Positions 50,433 through 59,195 are shown, numbered from the stretch's first letter. The stretch: DNA of 64,000 nt from Desulfuromonadaceae bacterium (GCA_028681335.1 JAQUIT010000007.1:950-64949), one strand, 5' to 3'. A program made the numbers and translations. The notes: generated by a model not told the origin, from the sequence alone.

Positions 50433-50981
50433 TCAGCGGGTTGAATACTTCAGGCATTTCCTGTGCCGTTTTTTTGCCCCCTTGTGCTTGCGACCGGCTT
50501 GTTTCGAGGGGGTAGTTTTTTTCTGTGTGGACGCTGTTTCAGCCTCTAGGCGGGGATTTTCAATCAATGCCGCCTTGGCAGCCTCCAGTCGCGTTATGGC
50601 GGCTTGCAGTGCGGCCTCTTCTTCCTGCGCTCCTTTTATCTCTGCAAGGCGATCCTGCTCCGCTTTTTCAGCCACCTCCCCTCCCCCTTCCACCGCAGAA
50701 GCGGACTGAGCCGCTTCTGGCCGCACAGCCTGCTTGCGGGCTGGTTTCGGGGATGTCGTCTGTTTGTCGCCGATAATCCTGATGAAGGTCTTCCCTCCGG
50801 CAGAAGAAGGAGGAGTCTCCACAACCGCCTGTTTGTTTTCTTCTCGATGCTGAGCCGTCGGAGCCCTGTTGCCGGTGATGTGCATAACGGTATCCGCACT
50901 GACTGGCTCGGTGAGGGCACAGAAGAGCAGGGCAGCGGCTGAAAGCGCGCAGTGTGCTCTGTAAGAAGATAATCGTATCAT
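50433..50981 (-). CDS. Secreted low-complexity protein with coiled-coil segment and Lys/Arg-rich C-terminus; function unknown
   Basis: ATG 50981 gives MIRLSSYRAHCALSAAALLFCALTEPVSA (signal peptide). It carries an Ala/Glu-rich heptad-like AEKAEQDRLAEIKGAQEEEAALQAAITRLEAAKAAL and the tail KKTTPSKQAGRKHKGAKKRHRK. Downstream of the cbpA-like gene on the same strand. Confidence 0.5.
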   Translation of the reverse strand: MIRLSSYRAHCALSAAALLFCALTEPVSADTVMHITGNRAPTAQHREENKQAVVETPPSSAGGKTFIRIIGDKQTTSPKPARKQAVRPEAAQSASAVEGGGEVAEKAEQDRLAEIKGAQEEEAALQAAITRLEAAKAALIENPRLEAETASTQKKTTPSKQAGRKHKGAKKRHRKCLKYSTR

Positions 50982-51052
50982 GGTGTTAGTCTGTCCAATA
51001 AACTGCACTTTTAAATTCCAAAAATGTCTGTACGGCACTGCTTACGACAGAG

Positions 51053-51964
51053 TTACAGCCCGCTCTTCGCCAGCTCTTCCACCAGCTTCTTCTGCTCGCC
51101 GTTCAGTGTCTCCGGGATATGTACGCTGATCTTCACATACAGATCCCCTTTGGCGTTTGAACCGATCGTTTTGATGCCGCACCCCTTCAGCCTGATCTTG
51201 GTGCCAGGTTGAATCCCTGCCGGCACCTTGATCCGTTTGTCACCCTCCAGGGTTGGTACGTCCAGTGAAATGCCCTGGCAGGCCGCGCTGAAAGGAATGA
51301 CGCGCTCGACAAAGAGATCGCCGCCGTCGCGGGTGAAGACCGGGTCCGGCAGTACATGGATGATCAAGAACAGGTCGCCCGGCTGGCCGCCCCCCTCTCC
51401 CTGGGCTCCTTTGCCGCTGATACGGATCTTGCTGCCATTATCGACACCAGCCGGAATTTTGACCCTCAGCTCCTCACGCTGGCCGCCGCGCCGGAAGGCT
51501 ATCTGCTTTTCCGCCCCCTGTGCCGCATCGCGAAAAGAGACGGTCAGCTCCATCTCATGATCGCCCCCCTTTTGCGGGCCTCTGCGGAACCCGCCGCGGG
51601 CGTCTCCCCGCCCGAAAGCGCCGCCGAACAGGCGTGAAAAAAGGTCGTCAGCCCCGCCTCCGCCGACGCCTCCACCCATATCCTTATAGGCATTGCCGAA
51701 GTCGAAACCGCGGAAGATATCCTCCTGGCTGTACTGCTTGTGAAAGCCGCTGGAGCCGAAGGTGTCGTACTGCTGTTTCTTCTCCGGGTCGGAGAGCACC
51801 GCGTAGGCTTCGTTGATCTCCTTGAACTTATCCTCGGCGTCCTTGTTGTCGGGATTGCGGTCCGGGTGATACTTAACCGCCAGTTTGCGGAATGCCTTCT
51901 TTATCTCGTCCGGTGAGGCCCCTTTTTCGAGTCCCAGCGCCTTGTAATAATCTGCCTGTGCCAT
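51053..51964 (-). CDS. cbpA: DnaJ-class co-chaperone without zinc finger (CbpA-like)
   Basis: J domain ADYYKALGLEKGASPDEIKKAFRKLAVKYHPDRNP, a G/F-rich linker and DnaJ C-terminal domains. No CxxCxGxG repeats. ATG 51964 (MAQADYY). Confidence 0.85.
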   Translation of the reverse strand: MAQADYYKALGLEKGASPDEIKKAFRKLAVKYHPDRNPDNKDAEDKFKEINEAYAVLSDPEKKQQYDTFGSSGFHKQYSQEDIFRGFDFGNAYKDMGGGVGGGGADDLFSRLFGGAFGRGDARGGFRRGPQKGGDHEMELTVSFRDAAQGAEKQIAFRRGGQREELRVKIPAGVDNGSKIRISGKGAQGEGGGQPGDLFLIIHVLPDPVFTRDGGDLFVERVIPFSAACQGISLDVPTLEGDKRIKVPAGIQPGTKIRLKGCGIKTIGSNAKGDLYVKISVHIPETLNGEQKKLVEELAKSGL

Positions 51965-52042
51965 AAAATCCCCATCCTTCAATATTTGCATACAATGTAA
52001 GCTCTAACACCGGAGCTGTCAACTGCGGCAGCAGTGTATACC

Positions 52043-52071
52043 TTGACAGAGCCGGTGCCCATACGTACTAT
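52043..52071 (+). promoter_or_regulatory. Near-consensus sigma-70 promoter for the hemY-type gene
   Basis: TTGACA (52043-52048), a 17-bp spacer, then TACTAT (52066-52071). About 38 nt upstream of ATG 52110. Confidence 0.55.
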
Positions 52072-52109
52072 CAACAGCTGTGCGACATCAACTATGCGGG
52101 GGTTTTCCC

Positions 52110-53522
52110 ATGAAAAAAATAATCATAATCGGCGGCGGCATCTCCGGCCTGGCAACAGCCTGGCTGCTCCGTTCCAAGGCACTGGCTGCCGGAAAAGAGC
52201 TGGAGATAACCCTGCTGGAGAAGGAAGAGCGCCCGGGGGGGAAAATCCGCAGCATCAAGGCCGAAGGCTACACCTGCGAATGGGGGCCGAACGGTTTTCT
52301 GGACAGCAAGCCGCAGACGCTCGACCTCTGCAGGAAGCTTGGCGTCGAGGACAACCTGCACCGCAGCAATGATAACGCCCGCAAGCGCTTCATCTTTTCC
52401 GGCGGCGAGCTGCACCAGCTGCCGGACGGCGCCCCCGCCTTTCTGAAGAGCCGCCTCATCTCCTGGCCCGGCAAGTTGCGTCTGGCGCTGGAACCGACCC
52501 CGTTCATAGCGCCGCCCCCCGCAGGCGTAGACGAAACCCTGGCCGCCTTCGGCCGACGCCGATTGGGGGGGGAGGCGCTGGACAAGCTGATCGCGCCGAT
52601 GGTTTCCGGCATCTTCGCCGGCGATCCTGAGACGATGTCGCTCGTCTCCTGCTTTCCGCGCATTGCCGAACTGGAGCGTGAATACGGCGGCCTGATCCGC
52701 GCCATGATCATGCTGGCCAAAAAGAAGAAACGTGACCAGGCCGCCGGAAAGGTTGTCTCCAGCGCCGCCGGCCCCGGTGGCGTGCTGACGTCGTTCCGTG
52801 AGGGGATTCAGTACCTGGCCGATGCCATGGCCGCGTCGCTGGGGGATCTTGTCAAGCCGGGCATTGCTGTCACCAGCGTGGAGAAGGGAGCGGATCTCCC
52901 CTATCTGGTAAAGTGCAGCGATGGCAGCGAGTACGGCGCAGATCAGGTGATCATCGCTTCTCCTGCCTTCGCAGCGGCAGAGATGCTCTCCGCCATGGAC
53001 GGCGAAATTGCCGGGACGTTGCGCCGGATTCCCTACGCCAGCATGACGGTGATCTGCTTCGGCTACAGCCGTGGCCAGATCGGCCGTTCACTGGACGGTT
53101 TCGGCTACCTGATCCCGAAGAAGGAGGGGCTGAGCACGCTCGGCACCCTGTGGGATTCAAGCATGTTCGAAAATCGGGCTCCGGAAGGGAAAGTGCTGTT
53201 GCGCAGTATGATGGGTGGGGCCTGCTTCCCTGACTACGTTACATTGAGTGATGATGAAGTTGTCGCCAGGGTGAGGGAAGATCTACAGTTGACGATGGGC
53301 ATAGACGCCGCGCCGGAGTTTGTCAGGATTTTTCGCCATCCGCAGGCGATTCCGCAGTATACGGTCGGACACAATGATCGGTTGCAGGCGCTGGAGCAGG
53401 CGCTTAAAGCGTATCCGGGACTTATTTTGACCGGCAATTCTTATCGCGGCATCGGTCTGAACGACTGTGTAGCGGCGGCAGAGCGGGCCGCAGACGAGGC
53501 GTTGGCATGCGTATTGGATTAG
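52110..53522 (+). CDS. hemY: HemY-type FAD-dependent protoporphyrinogen/coproporphyrinogen oxidase
   Basis: MKKIIIIGGGISGLATAW dinucleotide fold, about 470 aa, with C-terminal LTGNSYRGIGLNDCV typical of the PPOX family. Confidence 0.88.
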   Translation: MKKIIIIGGGISGLATAWLLRSKALAAGKELEITLLEKEERPGGKIRSIKAEGYTCEWGPNGFLDSKPQTLDLCRKLGVEDNLHRSNDNARKRFIFSGGELHQLPDGAPAFLKSRLISWPGKLRLALEPTPFIAPPPAGVDETLAAFGRRRLGGEALDKLIAPMVSGIFAGDPETMSLVSCFPRIAELEREYGGLIRAMIMLAKKKKRDQAAGKVVSSAAGPGGVLTSFREGIQYLADAMAASLGDLVKPGIAVTSVEKGADLPYLVKCSDGSEYGADQVIIASPAFAAAEMLSAMDGEIAGTLRRIPYASMTVICFGYSRGQIGRSLDGFGYLIPKKEGLSTLGTLWDSSMFENRAPEGKVLLRSMMGGACFPDYVTLSDDEVVARVREDLQLTMGIDAAPEFVRIFRHPQAIPQYTVGHNDRLQALEQALKAYPGLILTGNSYRGIGLNDCVAAAERAADEALACVLD

Positions 53523-53710
53523 GAATAATCTTTGCTCTGTTCATAGTCTGTTTTGTCGTGATCATCGTGGAGGAGACGTTTCTCGGTGGCCGGCGTCGTC
53601 GCAAGGCGCTTAAAAAAGCGAGAGAGCGGGAGATTGAAGCAGAAATGCTGACGTCTGCTACAAAAGGCCCCGCTCGACAAAACTCAGGTACTCACCATCC
53701 CCCACAATAA
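53507..53710 (+). CDS. Possible small membrane protein (one TM helix + basic tail)
   Basis: ATG overlaps the hemY end by 16 nt. MRIGLGIIFALFIVCFVVIIV then GGRRRRKALKKAREREIE. Its 3' end overlaps convergent radC by 53 nt, which weakens the call. Confidence 0.3.
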   Translation: MRIGLGIIFALFIVCFVVIIVEETFLGGRRRRKALKKAREREIEAEMLTSATKGPARQNSGTHHPPQ

Positions 53711-54347
53711 TGTGGTCAAGCACCTTGATCCCCATGATCTCCCCCGCCTCCTTCAGCCGCCGTGTGATGGCGATATCCTCGCTGCTGGGGGCCGGGTCAC
53801 CGGTCGGATGGTTATGCACCAGGATTACTGCGGCAGCCGATTCCTTCACCGCCGGTGAGAAGACCTCACGTGGATGGACGATGCTCTGATTGAGGCTTCC
53901 CTCTGATACCTGTACCCGCCTGATAATGCGGTTCTTGCCATCCAGCAGCAGGATGAGGAAATACTCCTTGCGGCTGTCGCGGAACTCGTGGTGGAAATAG
54001 TCAAATACCTGCTGCGGCGAGGTGAAGCGGTCGAGGTGTTCCAGCTTGCGCCCCTGGAAGCGTCCAGCCAGGGTGAAGGCCGCTTTGACGCTGGAGGCCT
54101 TGGCCAGCCCCATTCCCTTTACTGCACAGAGTTCACTGATATCCGCTCCGCCCAGCTCCCGCAGGTTGCCGCTGAAATGCGTGATCAATTCACGGCCGAG
54201 ATCGATAGCGCTCTGCCTGCTGCCCGGGTCGCCGCTTCTGATAACCAGCGCCAGCAGTTCGGCGTCGGAAAGTGTTGCCGCGCCTTTTTTGAGCATCTTT
54301 TCGCGCGGGCGCTCGTCCTCCGGCCACTCCTTGATGCCGCCAGTCAT
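53658..54347 (-). CDS. radC: RadC-family JAMM-motif protein
   Basis: MTGGIKEWPEDERPREKM...LSDAELLALVIRSG (HhH region) and HNHPTGDPAPSSEDI (JAMM). The listed 296-aa ORF is extended upstream through non-coding repeats. ATG 54347 gives 229 aa. Confidence 0.9.
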   Translation of the reverse strand: MTGGIKEWPEDERPREKMLKKGAATLSDAELLALVIRSGDPGSRQSAIDLGRELITHFSGNLRELGGADISELCAVKGMGLAKASSVKAAFTLAGRFQGRKLEHLDRFTSPQQVFDYFHHEFRDSRKEYFLILLLDGKNRIIRRVQVSEGSLNQSIVHPREVFSPAVKESAAAVILVHNHPTGDPAPSSEDIAITRRLKEAGEIMGIKVLDHIIVGDGEYLSFVERGLL

Positions 54348-54362
54348 AAATCCCCCCTGCCC

Positions 54363-54510
54363 CCCTTTCATAAAGGGGGGAACCTTGAAATCACTGCACC
54401 GAATGTACAAGAGAACGTTTTTAAGCATCCCTCTTTTCATAAGTGGGAACCTTGAAATCACCGCACCGAATGTACAAGAGAACATTTTTAAGCATCCCCC
54501 TTTATGAAAG
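54363..54510. repeat. Two tandem 67-bp repeats, each headed by a CCCTTT...AAAGGG mini-palindrome
   Basis: GGAACCTTGAAATCAC(T/C)GCACCGAATGTACAAGAGAAC(G/A)TTTTTAAGCATCCC starts at 54379 and again at 54446. A third mini-palindrome CCCCCTTTATGAAAGAGG follows. Confidence 0.9.
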
Positions 54511-54522
54511 AGGAGAATATAA

Positions 54523-54606
54523 AACCACTCATTTTGCAAACCACTCACTTTGCAAGATGGAATGATTCCAAGCCTCCCCCTTTAAGAAAGGGGGATTGAG
54601 GGGGAT
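54523..54606. repeat. 17-bp direct repeat plus G/C-tract hairpin and shared 18-mer
   Basis: AACCACTCATTTTGCAA / ACCACTCACTTTGCAA (54523-54555). Hairpin CCCCCTTTAAGAAAGGGGG. The 18-mer AAAGGGGGATTGAGGGGG at 54587-54604 recurs at 57302-57319. Confidence 0.85.
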
Positions 54607-54613
54607 TTGCTTT

Positions 54614-55435
54614 TTACCCCAGGCATCCTGCCAGAATGGCGACAATCAGACCACACCCGACAACCACCCGATACCAGACAAACGGTGCAAGGCTCCGCTT
54701 TTGCACAAAACGGAGCAGGAAGGCGACGCTGATATAGCCGGTAACAGCAGAGAAGGCTATTCCGACAAGCATCGGCAGGCCTTCACCGGCAGGAATGCCA
54801 TGCTCAAACAGCTGGATGGATTTAAGCAGCGCCGCCCCGGCAACAATCGGCAGTGACATCAGGAAGGAGAAGCGGGCGGCACTCTCGCGGGTGAAGCCGA
54901 GCATCAGGGCGGCGGTGATCGTGATCCCGGAGCGGGAAACACCCGGTATAAGCGCCAGGCACTGCATTATACCGATGGCCATGGCGCTGAGCGGTTTGAT
55001 CTCGTCCAGAGCCAGACGTTTGCGGCCGAGGTAGTCGGCCAGGCCGAGGATAAAGCCGAATACGATCAGAAACGCGGCTATGAGCAGCGGACTTGAGCGG
55101 AACATCGCCTCCACCGGCCCTTCGAGCAGCTTACCGGCGACGGCGGCCGGGACCGTTGCGGCGATGATCAGAAACGGCAATCTCCGGGCGGGGGTGTTCA
55201 GGCGGCGCGAAGTGACGGCGTCAAAGAAAGAGAGCACGATCTCGATGATATCGCGCCAGAAATAAAGCGACAGTGCCAGAAATGTTCCGAGATGCAGTGC
55301 AACATCGAATGTCAGGCCGGATTCGGGCCATTGCAGCAGCCACGGGAGCAGAATAAGGTGGGCCGAACTACTGATCGGAAGCACCTCGGTAAAACCTTGC
55401 AGTGTACCAAGAACGGCAGCGTGAAGCAGATTCAT
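54614..55435 (-). CDS. uppP: Undecaprenyl-diphosphate phosphatase (BacA/UppP)
   Basis: GFTEVLPISSSAHLILL and PGVSRSGITI motifs with 8 TM-like segments. ATG 55435 or 55438 with AAGGAG upstream. The listed ORF start at 55492 is too far upstream. Confidence 0.93.
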   Translation of the reverse strand: MNLLHAAVLGTLQGFTEVLPISSSAHLILLPWLLQWPESGLTFDVALHLGTFLALSLYFWRDIIEIVLSFFDAVTSRRLNTPARRLPFLIIAATVPAAVAGKLLEGPVEAMFRSSPLLIAAFLIVFGFILGLADYLGRKRLALDEIKPLSAMAIGIMQCLALIPGVSRSGITITAALMLGFTRESAARFSFLMSLPIVAGAALLKSIQLFEHGIPAGEGLPMLVGIAFSAVTGYISVAFLLRFVQKRSLAPFVWYRVVVGCGLIVAILAGCLG

Positions 55436-55612
55436 CATGTACTCCTTAACGTGGTAAGCGCAAAGGATACTGCAACTGATCGGCAAAGGCAATCCATGTT
55501 GCTACGTTAGATGGCGGTCATGAATAAATTTAGTCTGTGAACAGCGCTAAAAGTATGGTATTAGTGGCAAGTTTTAATGCGGTCGGCACGAAAATTTACG
55601 GAGGCGTAACCT

Positions 55613-56233
55613 ATGTTCGGATTGATTCCCAAGGAAGAAAAATTTTTCAGACTTTTCAAGGATATGACCGAGAATATCATCGAAGGAGCCAAGCTCCTCA
55701 AAGACATGCTCGACAACTTTGATACCCCGGTTGAAAGTCAGCGCAGGATCAAGGATGTTGAGCACAAGGGTGATTCAATAACCCACGAGATTATCCAGAC
55801 GCTGCACAAAACCTTCGTAACACCGCTCGATCCTGAAGATATCTACGCACTCGCTTCAAAGCTGGATGATATCCTTGACCTGATCGACGCCTCTGCCCAG
55901 CGGATCATCATGTACAATGTCGAAGCCATCCCTGCCGAAGCAAAATCGCTCGGCTTCATCATCCTGCAGTCATGCATTGCAATTGACAAAGCGGTTGCCA
56001 TGCTCGGCAAGAAGACCAACGAGCAGATTTTTGAGGCGTGCGTGGAGATCAACTCGCTGGAGAACGAAGCTGATCGCGTTTCACGCGAAGCTATCAGCCG
56101 TCTCTTTGATGAAGAGAAAGATCCGATCCAGCTGATCAAGTGGAAGGAAATCTACGAAACGCTTGAAAAATCGACCGACAGGTGCGAAGACGCCTCCAAT
56201 ATCCTTGAAAGCGTGGTGGTAAAGAATGCTTGA
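55613..56233 (+). CDS. DUF47 (PhoU-like, TIGR00153-type) phosphate-transport accessory protein
   Basis: 206 aa. MFGLIPKEEKFFRLF..., KDVEHKGDSITHEI and the conserved pairing with a Pit gene (8-nt overlap). Confidence 0.85.
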   Translation: MFGLIPKEEKFFRLFKDMTENIIEGAKLLKDMLDNFDTPVESQRRIKDVEHKGDSITHEIIQTLHKTFVTPLDPEDIYALASKLDDILDLIDASAQRIIMYNVEAIPAEAKSLGFIILQSCIAIDKAVAMLGKKTNEQIFEACVEINSLENEADRVSREAISRLFDEEKDPIQLIKWKEIYETLEKSTDRCEDASNILESVVVKNA

Positions 56234-57227
56234 GCCGGCCTTCCTGATGCTCTGCCTCGTGGTCGTGGCAGCGCTCCTGTTCGACTATATCAACGGTTTC
56301 CACGACACCGCCAACGCCATTGCCACCTGTATCTCGACGCGCGCCCTTTCGGTCAGATCGGCCATCATCATGGCGGCGGTGCTGAACTTTGCCGGTGCCA
56401 TGATCTCCACCAAGGTGGCAACGACGATCGGCAAGGGGATTGTGGACGCATCCAATATAACCCAGATGGTCGTATTGGCCGGTATTGTGGGGGCAATTAT
56501 CTGGAACCTGATAACCTGGTACTACGGACTGCCATCCTCCTCTTCGCACGCCATTATCGGCGGAATCTCGGGGGCGGTCATTGCCCACGCCGGGGTTTCC
56601 GCCCTGAAGTGGGCCGGTCTCAAAAAGATTATCATGGCGCTGATTCTGTCGCCGATCATGGGAACCCTCGTCGGTTTCATCTTCATGTTGATCCTCTATC
56701 GCGTCTTCCGCAACAGCGCCCCCAGTGGTTTAAATAAGAACTTCCGCAAACTGCAGGTTGCATCGGCCGCCTTGATGGCGTTCTCGCACGGCACCGCCGA
56801 TGCCCAGAAGTCGATGGGTGTCATCACCATGGCTCTGGTCAGTTATGGGACGCTTAAAACATTTGATGTCCCCTGGGAAGTCATGGTGGCCTGTGCTACG
56901 GCGATGGCTTTTGGAACAGCCGCCGGCGGCTGGCGGATCATCAAGACGGTCGGCCGTGACTTTGTCAAGCTGCAGCCGGTCCATGGTTTTTGTGTAGAGA
57001 CCGCTTCGGCCGGTGTTATCCTCGGAGCCTCGGCTTTCGGCATGCCGACCAGTACCACACACGTTATAACCTCTACCATTCTCGGCGTCGGTCTTTCCAA
57101 AAGGCTCAACGCAGTAAACTGGAACGTTGCCAAGCGGATTCTTATCGCCTGGGTTCTTACCATCCCGGCCTCGGCTCTGGTCTCCTACCTGACCTATCAG
57201 GTTTTGAGCCCGCTGTTAGGGAGATAA
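56226..57227 (+). CDS. pit: Inorganic phosphate transporter, PiT (PHO4) family
   Basis: 333 aa. FDYINGFHDTANAIAT and the duplicated PHO4 signature (GTADAQKSMG). Confidence 0.93.
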   Translation: MLEPAFLMLCLVVVAALLFDYINGFHDTANAIATCISTRALSVRSAIIMAAVLNFAGAMISTKVATTIGKGIVDASNITQMVVLAGIVGAIIWNLITWYYGLPSSSSHAIIGGISGAVIAHAGVSALKWAGLKKIIMALILSPIMGTLVGFIFMLILYRVFRNSAPSGLNKNFRKLQVASAALMAFSHGTADAQKSMGVITMALVSYGTLKTFDVPWEVMVACATAMAFGTAAGGWRIIKTVGRDFVKLQPVHGFCVETASAGVILGASAFGMPTSTTHVITSTILGVGLSKRLNAVNWNVAKRILIAWVLTIPASALVSYLTYQVLSPLLGR

Positions 57228-57245
57228 ACTAACCCCTCCAAACCT

Positions 57246-57322
57246 CCCCTTATCAAGGGAGGCTTAAAGGCTTCCCCCCTGATAAGTACCCTCTGGGGCA
57301 TAAAGGGGGATTGAGGGGGGGG
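57246..57322. repeat. G/C-tract palindromic element, same family as 54575-54606
   Basis: Hairpin CCTCCCCTTATCAAGGGAGG (57246-57265) and the 18-mer AAAGGGGGATTGAGGGGG (57302-57319) followed by a G-run. Confidence 0.8.
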
Positions 57323-57371
57323 GAAACCAGCGGTATACTTAATTACTATTTATATACGGAGGAAACTACCG

Positions 57372-58421
57372 ATGAAAAAAGCGCTTATCACCGGCATAAC
57401 CGGCCAGGACGGCTCCTATCTGGCGGAACTTCTCCTTGCCAAAGGATACGAAGTTCATGGCATGATCCGCAGATCCTCCTCTTTCAACACCGCTCGTATC
57501 GACCACCTCTACCGCGACCCGCACGAAAAAGATGTGCGCATGTTCCTCCACTACGGCGACCTGAACGATGCCAGCTCCATCAACATTCTGCTGCGCAATA
57601 TCCAGCCTGATGAAATCTACAACCTCGGTGCCCAGAGTCATGTACGGGTCTCCTTTGATGTCCCTGAGTACACCGGTGAAGTAGACGGTCTGGGTGCCGT
57701 GCGTATCCTTGAGGGAATCCGCGAAACCGGCCTGCAGACAAAATTCTACCAGGCATCATCGTCAGAACTGTACGGCAAGGTAGTGGAAACCCCGCAGAAG
57801 GAGACCACCCCCTTCTACCCCCGTTCCCCCTATGCCTGCGCCAAAGCCTACGCCTTCTACATCACCCAGAACTACCGCGAAAGCTACGGCATGCACGCCT
57901 CCAACGGCATACTCTTCAACCACGAATCGCCCCGTCGCGGTGAGACCTTTGTTACCCGTAAAATCACCCGCGCAGCCGCCCGTATCAAGCTCGGTATGCA
58001 GGAGTGTCTCTACCTCGGCAACATCGATGCGAAAAGGGACTGGGGCTTTGCCGGCGATTACGTCGAAGCGATGTGGCGGATGCTGCAGCAGGAGCAGCCG
58101 GACGATTACGTCATCGCCACCGGCGAGACCTACATGGTGCGCACCTTTGCCGAAAAAGTCTTTGCCCGTCTCGGCATGCCGCTGGAATGGCAGGGGAGCG
58201 GTGTTGATGAAGTGGGAACCGACACGGTAACCGGCAGGGCGGTCATTCGCATCGACCCGAAATACTTCCGTCCGGCGGAAGTTGACCTGCTTCTCGGTGA
58301 TCCGGCCAAGGCAAGGAAACAGCTGGGATGGGAGCTGAAGACCAGTTTCGAAGAGCTCGTGAATATGATGACCGATGCCGACTTCACGCTTGCAGAGCGG
58401 GAGAAGCGGGCGGACGGGTGA
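57372..58421 (+). CDS. gmd: GDP-mannose 4,6-dehydratase
   Basis: [40 protein letters not shown]...; YACAKAYA catalytic motif; 349 aa. Confidence 0.96.
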   Translation: MKKALITGITGQDGSYLAELLLAKGYEVHGMIRRSSSFNTARIDHLYRDPHEKDVRMFLHYGDLNDASSINILLRNIQPDEIYNLGAQSHVRVSFDVPEYTGEVDGLGAVRILEGIRETGLQTKFYQASSSELYGKVVETPQKETTPFYPRSPYACAKAYAFYITQNYRESYGMHASNGILFNHESPRRGETFVTRKITRAAARIKLGMQECLYLGNIDAKRDWGFAGDYVEAMWRMLQQEQPDDYVIATGETYMVRTFAEKVFARLGMPLEWQGSGVDEVGTDTVTGRAVIRIDPKYFRPAEVDLLLGDPAKARKQLGWELKTSFEELVNMMTDADFTLAEREKRADG

Positions 58422-58436
58422 CTCATGAACAATAAC

Positions 58437-59195
58437 GTGGCTAAAGAAAAGATTTAATACTGTTTTGGCCACGGATTAACACGGATGTTCACGGATAACG
58501 GCAAACCATAGATGCCTTGGTTTAACCAATAAAAGTTTTACAGGTTCAGATTTCATCCGTGTTCATCAGTGTCCATCCGTGGCTAAAGAAAAGATTTAAG
58601 ACTGTTTTGGCCACCGATTAGCACGAATGTTCACGGATAACGGCAAACCATAGATGCCTTGGTTTAACCCAAAAAAGTTTTACAGGTTCAGATTTCATCC
58701 GTGTTTATCAGTGTCCATCCGTGGCTAAAGAAAAGATTTAAGACTGTTTTAGCCACCGATTAGCACGAATGTTCACGGATAACGGCAAACCATAGATGCC
58801 TTGGTTTAACCCAAAAAAGTTTTACAGGTTCAGATTTCTTCCGTGTTTATCAGTGTCCATCCGTGGCTAAAGAAAAGATTTAAGACTGTTTTAGCCACCG
58901 ATTAGCACGAATGTTCACCGATAACGGCAAACCAAGATGCCTTGGTTTAACCCATAAAAGTTTTGCAGGTTCAGATTTCATTCGTGTTTATCAGTGTCCA
59001 TCCGTGGCTAAAGAAAAGATTTAAGACTGTTTTAGCCACGGATTAGCACGAATGTTCACCGATAACGGCAACAACCAGAATTCATGGTTCCATCCGGAAG
59101 ATTTTTTGTAGGTTTTGATTTCATTTGTGTACATCCGTGGCTGAAAAAAGATTCTAGAATAAATTTCCCACCGACTATACATATAGTCACTGAGG
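58437..59195. repeat. Tandem array of five 141-142-bp units plus one degenerate unit; each unit is itself a long imperfect palindrome
   Basis: GTGGCTAAAG recurs at 58437, 58579, 58721, 58863 and 59004 (periods 142, 142, 142, 141), with a degenerate copy at 59137. Unit: TTTAGCCACCGATTAGCACGAATGTTCACGGATAACGGCAAACC...CAGATTTCATCCGTGTTTATCAGTGTCCATCCGTGGCTAAA plus an 18-bp linker GAAAAGATTTAAGACTGT. Confidence 0.95.

Noticed and set aside
54348-54548. N-terminal 67 residues of the 296-aa RadC ORF
   Set aside because: This segment is encoded entirely by the tandem 67-bp repeats and G/C hairpins (peptide repeats KGG..., MLKNVLLY...). Canonical RadC begins at MTGGIKEWPEDERPREKM (ATG 54347).
55439-55612. 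Pho box upstream of the DUF47-pit operon
   Set aside because: CGGTCATGAATAAATTTAGTCTGTGAAC contains one CTGTCAT-like heptad, but no second heptad at the required 11-bp spacing.
57330-57345. JUMPstart/ops (GGCGGTAG) antitermination element upstream of gmd
   Set aside because: Only AGCGGTAT is present (6 of 8), with no flanking JUMPstart conservation. This is insufficient.
58437-59195. CRISPR array
   Set aside because: The whole 142-bp period is repeated, including what would be the spacers. The unit length is far above CRISPR repeat size, and there are no cas genes in the window.
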